This document shows positions 25,901 through 37,221 of a stretch of DNA of 64,000 nt, in pieces; the stretch's first letter is position 1; each line of letters begins with the position of its first letter. Position numbers and translations under genes: made by a program. The notes beneath the pieces were generated by a model that ran no database searches, was not told where the DNA came from, and saw nothing but the letters and a program-made list of their open reading frames with translations. The DNA comes from Pseudovirgaria hyperparasitica (Eukaryota): the NCBI GenBank assembly GCA_010093815.1, contig ML996567.1; one strand, written 5' to 3'.

Positions 25901-26514
25901 GCCTAATACGCTCAAGAAGCGTCAATTGGATCTTGACCGTGACGAGCCTGAGATGTCGGATGAGGCTAAGACTGAGCAAGCCAATAGCGAAGCTGATCCG
26001 TTTGCTCGGGAGTTCAAACTTCTTACGCAATACATCACGAAGCCTCAAGTTCCTTTGACTCACGAAGAGCGCGTTATGCAAATACTCGAAAAGGAAGGTA
26101 CTCCACTTGGCATGAAGACCGTCAACGGGCGATCCTATATCCTTCGGTACGTCTCATGTGATGTCTTATGATGTAGCCTGATACTGACATCTCACTAGCC
26201 CAGAGGCCATCGAATCTGTATGGTACATGTACCGCATCACGGGCAACGAGCACTGGCGCGAAGTCGGCTGGAACATGTTCGAGTCTATCATAAAGCACAC
26301 ACGATCAGATTTCGGACACAGTGCCATACACGACATTCTGCAGAATGAAACGACTCAGACAGACAGCATGGAGAGTTTCTGGCTCGCAGAGACATTGAAG
26401 TACTTCTATTTGTTGTATTCTGAAGAAAGCCTGATTAGTCTGGATGAGTGGGTGTTGAATACGGAAGCCCATCCATTCAAGAGACCGTTGCCAGAAAATG
26501 TGGCAGCTTCGTAA
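22985..26514 (+). CDS. Class I alpha-1,2-mannosidase (GH47), type II membrane protein with two long insertions
   Basis: N-terminal anchor [110 protein letters not shown]. Three introns (~23992-24042, 25220-25266, 26147-26198). Confidence 0.94.
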
Positions 26515-27340
26515 GGTTAGGGAAAGCCAAAGTGTAATGCATTTTTGGGCGTTTGGGTTGTATATCTGGGCATATGCTCTTATGGAAGCAGAAATAGGTA
26601 GATCTTGTACGCGCACATACTGTCAGACACGCGTATTCCACCTGTTCTGTTGGAAATGTTCGACATCTGATGTAGGACCTTCTGTCTCTCCTTCCTCTGT
26701 TGATCATCCATACTGCAGATGCATGAGAAATTAACAGACATTTATTCATCAACTAGTCAACATCAACCCTTACGTGAAGATAAAGCTATACAGTGTTGGG
26801 AACAAACTACCAAGACCAGGATGGATACATGGATTTCATATATCACCTCCGGAGCAAATGGGACGTATATCAAGGCTAAAGCGTCGGGCAATATGAACAG
26901 CCTATCAGCATGTGCGCGTTCAGTCCATCAGAAATGACCTCTACTGCCAGGAGATGAAGCACACTCAGGGGCTGAGAGGCCGCCAGTAATCTCCCGATAG
27001 TGATTGGGGGTATTGCTTACTACGTGCATGAGGCTCCTCACTCAACTTACATCCGTCAAAGACTATCTGGACGTCCTCTTTCTCATGCAAGATTCTGCCC
27101 CAAGCACATCAATAGTCCGATATATGAATACATTCTCAAGATCTTCACTTTCGGCCATACTGACTAGAAAGCAAGCAGTTGCACTGATGGATGAGGTGTA
27201 CGGGGGTTGAGGACATTTCATCTGACGTTCCCAGACGGTCGAGCATTCATTTTTTTTTGAAAGATGCTTTCCGTCTCGTTGCTGCGACGAACAACTACCT
27301 TCAGCTTTCATCACCGCCGGCGAATTGCGGCTTCTAAGCT

Positions 27341-28348
27341 TCAAAGTCCTCGTAGATGCCGTAGGCGCCACAGAGTCCATCCCACCCCGAAGAATAGACC
27401 ACCCAGATGCCCGGCGTGCGCTGTTCTACTAGACTCATCGTTTATGAAAAATAGATCCCAAGTCGCAAAACCTACTGCGGCCACTTGGATAGGAATGGGT
27501 ACGGCCCAGATAATCAGCTTCTCGTAAGGTGCCAGAACTGCTGCAGCACCCCCGAGTCCCATGACGAGTCCACTCGCGCCACATGTTATGATCTCTAATC
27601 CTTCATTTCGCGACTCCTTGACACTGGCCCCAATCAGAGCACCGACGCTGCTCGATAATGCCGATCCAAATGCAATCGTTGCAACGTTCCACACTTTTAG
27701 ACCAGGAGCTCTTGCGAGTATCGTCCCGAAAGCATACATGCCCATCATGTTACTAAGGATGTGAAAAGTGTCACCATGAACAAACGCGCTGGTCAGGAGC
27801 GTCCACCAACGACCCTCTTGCCAATTCTTTACGCTGAGGTACAAGTGCTTCACCTTAGCGCTCCAGACTCTTGCGGCGGTCCTCTTAGCATTCTCTGTGT
27901 CCCCCCCAACGTCAGCAGAACCACGTCTGTAGTTATCAATCGCGATAGAAAGGGGCGGCTCAAGCATATAGACAGCTACATTCAGACCGATCAAGCCGTA
28001 AGTGAGATTCCGGATCCTTTTGTAGTCCGCTTTCGGTAGTGAACGTGCTCCCCGATTCATAGCATACTTGACCTCGGCTTCTATAGCCTCCCAGTTTGTT
28101 TTGGGCAGGCCAAGTCTCGCTCGCGCAGCTTTCCTTGCTTTTGTACGGCGTTGGTGAGTGAGGGCGGCTTGAGTATCGTAGCGAAGGACAGGCATTGTGG
28201 GTCGACGTTGTGAGCGCTGTGTGTAAGTACGCGAAGGAGGCGAAGGCGTGAATTTAGCCGTCCGAAAGGGACATGAGCATAGTGTGGTAGATACTCGACT
28301 GCATTGTCGCTCTATACGTAAGAGAGCAGAGAGCCTGATGGACGCCAT
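27341..28348 (-). CDS. Mitochondrial rhomboid-family intramembrane serine protease (PCP1/PARL-like)
   Basis: Arg/Ser-rich presequence from ATG 28348; WWTLLTSAFVH, HILSNM, catalytic GASG and AHAGHLGG. Confidence 0.88.
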   Translation of the reverse strand: MASIRLSALLRIERQCSRVSTTLCSCPFRTAKFTPSPPSRTYTQRSQRRPTMPVLRYDTQAALTHQRRTKARKAARARLGLPKTNWEAIEAEVKYAMNRGARSLPKADYKRIRNLTYGLIGLNVAVYMLEPPLSIAIDNYRRGSADVGGDTENAKRTAARVWSAKVKHLYLSVKNWQEGRWWTLLTSAFVHGDTFHILSNMMGMYAFGTILARAPGLKVWNVATIAFGSALSSSVGALIGASVKESRNEGLEIITCGASGLVMGLGGAAAVLAPYEKLIIWAVPIPIQVAAVGFATWDLFFINDESSRTAHAGHLGGLFFGVGWTLWRLRHLRGL

Positions 28349-28951
28349 TGTGTGGGCTTGAGGTCGACGCAAAGGTCAACTCATCTAGATAGACACGCTG
28401 AAAGCTCGGAGGTACGGAGTACAGTCACAGAGTGTAAGGTGCATATGACGGGCTGCGAAAGTCCGACGCCAAGTCGAGTATCATTGTTGTTGTCTCTTCC
28501 ATCGCTTCTAATCAGGCAACAATTTATTTCTGCCTAAGGTTCACGGTCTCGCTCGACCTCCATCCGCAACCCCAAGTCTGCCAATGCACACAACCTGAGC
28601 TCGTGTGTTCAAACGCCTTCTCCCATAACAAGCCCTTCCCCTCTCCCAAAACATTCACACTTGCACTCACTCTTGATTACTGCCTAAGACCAAGCCGCAT
28701 ACACGCCATTGAAACCGTTGCTCCGTTGCCGCAACTCGAAACTCGAAACTCGAAACCGTTGGCGTCGAGCTATACTTCATCTCCTCTACAAAGCACATTC
28801 TTCCCTCGCACACAGTCTTACGGGACAGGACAGGACAGCTTTGTGCTACGGCTTATTCCAATCTACATAATTGCGCATAGCAATCGATCAATCTGACACG
28901 CTCTTGAACGAAAGATCTAGACATACCTTACAGACGACCTCGAGCGCACAA

Positions 28952-28968
28952 ACACACACACACACACA
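28952..28968. repeat. (AC)n microsatellite in the DHH1 leader region
   Basis: ACACACACACACACACA read directly. Confidence 0.85.
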
Positions 28969-29087
28969 GACACACCACTAACACTGAGACACTCAGAATA
29001 TCTAAAGCCATAGGGAAAAAGACTCGCAAGTCCATCAGGTGCCTCTATCAGAGGGCATAAATCACAGCTAGGAGCCCGTTCTCCACA

Positions 29088-30772
29088 ATGACGACCGAAA
29101 TTACTAACAAGCTTGCCGCCACAACATTGGGGTACGTATTGCATTAGACTTCGACGGAGCTCTAATACTAACCTGTTCCCAGTGAGTCCTCGACAGATAC
29201 TAGTGCATCATGGAAGCAGGGTCTTAACAAACCTGCGAAGGATACACGCGTACAAACCGAGGTATGATTGTCAAAAGTCCATGTACGATGCCATCTAACA
29301 CAACGTCAGGATGTTACAGCCACCAAAGGCCTCGAATTCGAGGACTTTTATATCAAGAGAGAGCTTATGATGGGCATATTCGAAGCCGGGTTTGAGAAAC
29401 CATCACCCATTCAAGAAGAGACGATCCCGGTCGCACTGACCGGCCGTGATATCCTTGCGCGCGCAAAGAACGGCACTGGCAAGACCGCTGCTTTCGTTAT
29501 TCCAACTCTAGAGAAGATTAACCCCAAAAGTACGAAGACACAAGCTCTGATACTTGTCCCGACTCGAGAGTTGGCACTACAGACAGCTCAAGTCTGTAAG
29601 ATGCTTGGTAAACATCTTGGAATTAATGTCATGGTAACAACTGGTGGCACGGGTTTGCGAGATGATATCGTACGACTTAATGAAGCCGTCCACGTTATCA
29701 TTGCGACTCCAGGAAGAATATTGGATCTGGCCAGTAAGGGTGTGGCGGATCTATCATCGTGCCCCACATTTGTTATGGACGAGGCTGATAAACTCTTGTC
29801 TCCCGAATTCACCCCTGTCATTGAGCAATTACTCGGATTTCATCCAAAGGATCGCCAAGTCATGCTGTTCAGCGCTACCTTCCCAATCGTTGTCAAGAGC
29901 TTCAAGGTTAGTGCAATGCTGTAGCGCAGGATTGATTCCGCTAATGTGCATGTACACAGGATAAACACATGAATTCGCCATATGAAATCAATCTGATGGA
30001 GGAGCTGACTCTTCGAGGTATTACCCAATACTATGCTTTCGTGGAAGAAAAACAAAAGGTACACTGTCTCAACACCCTATTCAACAAGCTCCAGATCAAC
30101 CAGTCCATCATCTTCTGCAACTCCACGAACCGCGTTGAACTTCTTGCCAAGAAAATCACTGAGCTTGGCTACTCATGTTTCTACTCGCATGCCCGCATGG
30201 CTCAGCCTGCACGTAACCGCGTATTCCACGACTTCCGCAACGGTGTCTCGCGAAACCTGGTATGCTCCGATCTGTTAACTCGTGGTATTGACATTCAAGC
30301 TGTGAATGTCGTCATCAACTTTGATTTCCCCAAAAACGCCGAAACCTATCTTCATCGCATTGGTCGATCAGGTCGTTTTGGACATCTAGGTTTGGCCATT
30401 AATCTCATCAACTGGGATGACAGGTTCAACTTATACAAGATTGAACAAGAGCTTGGTACTGAGATTCAGCCCATCCCACAGGTGATCGAACGATCACTTT
30501 ACGTTTACGATACCCCCCAAAATATCCCTCGGCCAATTTCTGATCAGCCAGTGCAGGCGGTGCAGGATCCAAATTCGAACCAAAACGCTAGATCCGGAGA
30601 TCCAGGTGCACGAGGAAACCCGGGACAGTCCAACAGCCGGGGCAACTTCCAACAACGAGGTCGAGGAGGCGGCGGGTATCAAGGAAGACGCAACCCGAAT
30701 CCGCAGCAGAATCGACCACAGAATGGTTACAACGGACCTCGGAACAACAGGCCTCCTCCTGCTCAATCGTAG
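29088..30772 (+). CDS. DHH1: DEAD-box RNA helicase Dhh1/DDX6
   Basis: ATG 29088 with three introns; [52 protein letters not shown]-rich tail. Confidence 0.97.
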
Positions 30773-31846
30773 GTTGAACTGCGAGACGGAATGGTGCGGT
30801 TTGTTTCCTCGTTTCTGTTTATTCTGTTCTGGATTTCACGCGGTACTTGTCAACTCTCTCTGTTGACATCTTGCATTCTGATACCCGCAATATCAGGGTG
30901 CGTTGTGGACCCACATTTTGTGTTTTTTCTCATATGGTGACGATTATGAGAACAGACATGACCCCGACTAGTTTCTTTTTTCTTTGACTCGACTTCCCGG
31001 ACTCAGGAGGATACCCGTCTTGGGTGACGAAAGCATTATCGACTGTATATTATACGCCTCTGGACGCTCGTTGTGTCTTATTCCCTCTCTCACGCAAGTT
31101 CCCGCTTCTGGCGAAACTCACGATGACCCCTCTCTGACGAAATCACCGTCCGAAATCGAAACTCTACAATGCATCACAATATGGCGGTGTTCCTGGCCAA
31201 AAGTTTAGCATGTGGCGCAAACATCTCGGTGGCGCCTCTACCTACCGTTCTGGAAGAGTACCTTACGCATTCATCTGGAGCATATATATGTCAGCGGAGA
31301 ACAATATCTTCCTTGGCGCACCCAACAACCTGAATTACCAATCTCCAATACGCTACACCAACCCTGGCTACCAAATCCCATGTAGCCCTGCACTAACACA
31401 ATTATCCCCATTCACCACCCTCATCCCCCTCCCTCTGCCATGATACTCTTGGCATCAATGTTACTGTTGACCACTCCTGCTCGCAAGAAACGGAGCCAGG
31501 TCAGTCTGGAAGACTTTGCGAGCTCTCGGCATCGATGGCAGAATTGGACCGAACTTGCTAGCTGGCGGTATGAAGCTCGAAGCTTAAAGTCACGCATCGT
31601 ACCTTCTGGTAGAAAGAAACTCCTCATAAAAGAATTTTCAAGAGCTGGATTGTGGAAAACTGGTTGGTAGCGCATTGCAAACTACCTGGTAGCTGTTGCT
31701 ATCACGTAACTGAAACCTCAATCGCAACAATTCTCTTGAAACGTCATTACATAAGGGTATATCCATGATGTGCGTCTAATCTTCCTGTCCAAGGTCACAT
31801 GGCAGGTCGTCCGATTCCACTAATTCCCCTTTCCAAAGAGCCTTCT

Positions 31847-32401
31847 TCAGAAATAACAGTAATAGCCCGAATAACACTGCATCTCATCAGAGCCATCACG
31901 ATCCTCAAACAACACCCGATGATCATCCTTCCAGCACGTATACCTCTTACCAGCCCCATCCTTCCCACCCGCCTTCCCACTGCCAGCCCACTCGCCATAC
32001 GTCCCACTCGTGACCTCCATCTGACTCTCAAAGCTAAAGACGTCCGCGGGGGTGCCTTGCCCCTCAAAACAGTCCCAATGCACCCGACTGCCCCAATCCA
32101 CCCACGTGCTATTCGACACCCGGCATTTATGCACCGGCTGTCGCTCCGTGGCGGTGATGGGCGTGGCCCGGTTCACGTGCCCGGTGTAGTATGTCATGAT
32201 GGAGTAGTGCTTAGAGGGCGCGGGCACGTCGCAGTCGGTCAGGTAGACGACTGGGCCGTGGTGAAGCTGGTTCTTGGGGTCGGTGGGGTCGGATTGGCGG
32301 GCATGGAGGTGTTGGAGGGGGTCAGAGCGGCGGAGTGAGAGGGGGTTTGAGAGGACTGTGGATGCTGCTAGGAGGAGGAGGAGGGGTGCGAGGTGATACA
32401 T
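31847..32401 (-). CDS. Small secreted cysteine-rich protein (184 aa; effector-like)
   Basis: ATG 32401. Signal peptide MYHLAPLLLLLAASTVLS; short propeptide ending LHAR; six Cys (YLTDC, HKC, WDC, YTCWKDD, QCYSGYYC). TATATATAA ~240 bp upstream. Confidence 0.82.
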   Translation of the reverse strand: MYHLAPLLLLLAASTVLSNPLSLRRSDPLQHLHARQSDPTDPKNQLHHGPVVYLTDCDVPAPSKHYSIMTYYTGHVNRATPITATERQPVHKCRVSNSTWVDWGSRVHWDCFEGQGTPADVFSFESQMEVTSGTYGEWAGSGKAGGKDGAGKRYTCWKDDHRVLFEDRDGSDEMQCYSGYYCYF

Positions 32402-33416
32402 AGTGGTAGGTTTGGAGAGATTGTTTTTTTTTTTTGGAAACGCTGGTTTGTTGAGAGGGCGAAGAGCGTGGGCGGATGAGTGTCCAGCCAGGTAGGTATT
32501 TGGGATATGGATACAGCCTTGTGCGTGTCTTGTTGTCGTTGTTGAACAGCCCTTTGCTGTCGCCCTTGACGTGTACACAGAAGCCAACTTAGGAGAATCC
32601 GTGGGCAGATCAGAATGTCTGCTTAGTGACAATCGAGCCTTATATATATCCCCTCCCACAACGTCCACCATCTCGACTACACTACTCAAGTGCACCACCA
32701 CCACAACCACCAGCCTCGCGCCTCTCAGCCTCGTGCACTGCACTAGCAAATACACAAGCACACACGCACATGCCCCGAGGGGCCGGATATGTCCTGCAAG
32801 GATAGCTAACGCAAGGATCTAACCACGATACACTCCCGAGCCGTCCAACACACAACTCCCCCGGGATGCATTGAGGTAGGGAGGGACCATGTAATGACTC
32901 GCTAGACGGCACGCCATATCATTAGGACGGCCAGGCTGAGGTTCAAATATAGAAACTGTTGCTGAGAAGTCGGATTTTGGGGGCTAAGTAGGTAGGTAAG
33001 TAAGTGTTCTTATGAGGCGTTTTGTAGTATGGGATTGGGGCCAATGAGAGGGGAGGGTCGATGTTAGCGTGGAGCCTTGTGTTAGGTGATGGGCTCAGCT
33101 GTGAAATGGAGTACGAGCTGCGCCTGCGAGGCTGGGGTTTCGTGGTCTGTATGGGGTTGAGACGCGTATGTTTGTGCTTTTTCAAGCCTCTGGGATTGTA
33201 TGTTGATGGGGTGGGCGCCGGGTTGTGAGATTTTGATTTAGGAAAGCTGTATAGCCTTCTTGTTATGGGCCTGACGACGAAACATAGACTTTAGTAAATG
33301 ATGACGGCTAATGATTTAGTAGAGCCGGGACTTAATTATGCATTACTATGTCGAGCAACTAATGTGCTGGGTATATAACAAACCACATAACCACACTTGA
33401 AAGCAGCCTTATCCCT

Positions 33417-34548
33417 TCACCTCTTCGCCCGGCCTAGCCACCGTGCTAGCATCACGCCAGCAGCGACATATCCCGCCCACCATGCAATCATCGTACTTCC
33501 TTGCGTCGTCCATACGCTCTGCGATGTCTTCGGAAACGCCCGCGCCACATCTGCGACATCGACAGATCTACTCTTCTCTGGTGTCGACAGAGGGAATGCG
33601 AAGAGCTGGTCAGGCTTCAATGGGCCTTCAAGCGCCTTTATGTACGCATCAAAGTCATGGCCCTTGGGTCCAATAGGCACGGCGAGGTTCGGCGCGCCTC
33701 CGAATGCATGAACAGCAATGGCGTAGTTGTCGCTCGTGCGAAGGACGGGCGCGCCGACAAGCCCGCCTCCAGAGTCAATGGGGGTGTATGACATTAGACC
33801 CTCGCGGGTGAGGTTGTATGAGATCTGTTTGCCGTCAACTTGCTGTATTCCAAGAATTCGAAACGTGGTTGTCTGCTCACATTACTATTCACGCTCCACA
33901 CTACACCCCCGAACTCTCTCGTCCCGGGATCCTCTCTGTCTGCAGCGTAGCCGGCGACCTCGACCTCGCCAGCTCCCGTCCCGGGCGCGTACGCATAGCG
34001 CACGCATGTCACGCCCTCAAAGGGCCGGTCGAGCTGGATGAAAGCGACATTGTCTCGTCTTATAGCGCCGCGGCTAGTGACCCAGCCTTCTGGTATGACA
34101 GTCTTCTTCCCGGAGCGAAACTGTGTATACCGCTCTGCGACAGAGGCGCTGCCGCGGTAGCCAATGTATGCCTTGATTTGTGCGGCTGGAGCCAGTGGGG
34201 AGAGCGCAAAGACGTTGTGTGCGGCGGTGGCGATGATAGAGGGCGTGATGAGGAAGCCGGTTGCAATGCGCCATGCGGTGTCGTCGGTACGGGAGAAGTT
34301 GATGTAGAGCTTAGTGTGTGCTATGGGGGATCAATGTCAGTCAGTCAACAGTTCTGAATCGTAGTTGAAATTGATTTCTTACCACGATACTGTCCGCCTG
34401 GTTGCACGTCCAGCTCGCGGGTTTCATCGAGCTGTGATGTCGAGGGAGCGGCGGTGGAGACCAGTGATGATGAATCGGTGTTCTTCTGGATGGGCGGATT
34501 GTATGAGGCGTCTTGGAGCTCCCAAGCAATCACACGCGGGTCAGACAT
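33417..34548 (-). CDS. Trypsin-fold (V8/glutamyl-endopeptidase-like) protein, probably catalytically dead, with C-terminal hydrophobic anchor
   Basis: Exons 34548-34383, 34320-33881, 33824-33417 splice in frame to 337 aa: ATGFLITPSIIATAAHNV, RRDNVAFIQLDRPF, EVAGYAAD, DSGGGLVGAPVL, AIAVHAFGG; tail AWWAGYVAAGVMLARWLGRAKR. Confidence 0.82.
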
Positions 34549-35271
34549 GTTGTGCGAGATACCAATTGGGATTTTGGAGTAGGCGTATGAAACCGGCGAT
34601 GGTCTAATGACTTCGAAGAGTGACAGTGCTGTAGTGGTGATTCCTGAATCATGGATGACCAGTCCTAGCTTTGCACGAACATGCTACCTAACAAAGAACT
34701 CGTAGAACGACGAAGACGAGAGACAGGTAGTCCCGAGGGCATGGCGGAGACTTTTCAGCGAGATGGAGAAGCGGCCAACCGCAACTCGGTAAAGAAATAC
34801 GCCATGGACTGCGAGCGATGCTGTTTTGCGAATAGTTTGTGATGGAGAACATAGAGGGGTGCTCGGCATATACAGCGGTTTGCCATTTTGGGAATGGATT
34901 GGACTTGGGGCATTGATATTTGCTTTTGATTTCTATGTGTAATTACTGCTATTTCTGTATCCTACGTAGTCAATTGGTGATGTGGGCATTCTTAATCAAT
35001 CATACCGTAATTAATAGTGAATGATTGATGATTGCGGCTGAATGCAAGGGGAAGCCTCATTGTTGGGGGCACGGCTCGTCCTAAAGCAGCTTAGCGTCCG
35101 CGCGTCGACAGCACCGCCACAGCGTGGCGCCACCTCCAGCTTGTTTAAAGGCACAACATACCGTTGTACAACACATCATTCACTACGCACAGCATTCCTA
35201 CATTGTGTACTTCCACCTCCTATTCAACTACCAAAAATTAATTATTCTCCGATATCACGCAGACTATCAAT

Positions 35272-36641
35272 ATGGGCGGCGGTGACGGATATCGTTCTGT
35301 TGCTTATTTTGTGAACTGGGTAAGCAAGCGTCCGCAATATTTAGGGTCCCATGGTTCAGTCTAACATGAGAAGGCTATCTATGGACGTGCCCATAATCCT
35401 CAGGACCTGCCTGCGGACAAGCTCACGCATGTACTCTATTCTTTCGCCAATGTGAAACCTGATTCAGGAGAAGTGTAAGTCATTTCAGCCCAAAGTCCAG
35501 TATAGGGAGTGTAAACAAACGTGGAAGCACGAAGAACTATCAGCACAATTATTAACCGTCTCCCAGATACCTCACAGACTCCTGGTCTGACGTCGAGAAA
35601 CACTACCCAACCGACTCCTGGAACGACTCGGGCACTAATGTCTACGGCTGCATGAAGCAACTCAACATCCTCAAACGCCGGCACAGAAACTTCAAAGTCC
35701 TCCTCTCAATCGGCGGCTGGACCTACTCGTCGAACTTCGCCCAACCGGCCTCAACCCCTGAAGGCCGCCGCAAATTCGCCGTCTCCGCCGTGCAAATCCT
35801 CAAGGACTGCGGCTTCGACGGCATCGACATCGACTGGGAATACCCCCAGAACCCCGCCGAAGCCCAAAACCTTCTCCTCCTCCTCCAGGAATGCAGACGC
35901 GAACTCGACTCCTACGCAAACCATATCGCCAGCACCCATAGTAACATCCCCCGCCCGCATTTCCTCCTCACCATCGCCGCGCCCTGCGGACCCGAAAAGT
36001 ACAAGGTCCTCCCCCTAGGCGCGATCGCGCAGACACTCGATTTCATCAATCTCATGGCCTACGACTTCGCCGGCAGCTGGGACCAGTGCGCCGGACACCA
36101 GGCCAATCTGTACCCGTCGCACTCACGCCCCAAATGCACGCCTTTCAGCATCGACCGCGCCATCCACGACTACGTAGCCGCGGGCGTGCCGCCCACCAAA
36201 CTCGTGCTCGGAATGCCGCTGTACGGCCGTGCCTTCCAGAACACCCAAGGTCCCGGCGCGCCCTTCTCGGGCGTTGGAGAGGGTAGTTGGGAGAATGGTG
36301 TATGGGACTACAAAGCGCTCCCGCGGCCCGGCTCGGATGTGCACGTGGACAAAGACGTCGGGGCGAGCTTTTGCATCGACAAGAATACGGGGCTGATGGT
36401 TAGCTACGATACCCCGGAGGTTGCTGACCAGAAAGTCAAATACATCCAGAAGATGGGTCTCGGGGGCTCCATGTGGTGGGAGAGCTCTTCGGACAAGGCG
36501 GGGCAGGACAGCTTGATCTGTAGAGTTGCAGATCAGCTAGGCGGTGGGAATGGCGGCTTGATTGAGCAGCGTGCGAATGTGATTGATTACCCGGAAAGCA
36601 AGTATGAGAATCTGAAAAAGGGGTTTGCGGGCGAGTTATAG
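35272..36641 (+). CDS. GH18 chitinase, no signal peptide (subgroup A type)
   Basis: [41 protein letters not shown]; catalytic [20 protein letters not shown]. Two 5' introns. Confidence 0.95.
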
Positions 36642-37221
36642 GGAAGGCTCTGGTAAGAGCAACAGTCCCAAGCATGCTTGCTGGGACCCAACAGTCACAG
36701 TCATCAGGTCCTCGTAGGAGTGGCTGATATCCTAGCCATAACGAATCATGACCACCTTCAAAGTCGACCCCTCACGTGAATATATGTCTACTTATGAATT
36801 AAGATGAAGCGATATATATTCTGAATCTGTATGGTACGAGTAAATATCGTGCCTGATGAGACCAAGATATCTCTGTTGCGTGGAATTGGCTAACTAGCTT
36901 TTCACATGGCTCCACGAAGAACTGAATGGTCCAGAGGCAACAATAAATACGGGCGGATTTTCCAGGCCTGGGAACGAAGCCCATGCGTGATCTTGTTCTC
37001 GGTTCAGGATAGAGTCAATTGAACATGTATGTATAGGCGACGTCATGCATCATATGCGGAAGTGATTCTCCGTACCAGCGTCGAAACGACACTACTATAT
37101 GGTCAACCTGATTTTTTGGCTATACAACAGTCGCCAGCGCTGTGAACCTTCATGACTACACAAAGCAGCGCACCACGGGTGAGCCTGTCAACGGCACCAA
37201 GGCTACCCAAGAGCATCTCTT

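Noticed and set aside
31799..32761. 304-aa ORF call and opposite-strand 179-aa ORF
   Set aside because: The signal peptide starts at ATG 32401 and the upstream extension crosses a TATA box and a poly-A tract; the + strand ORF is its shadow.
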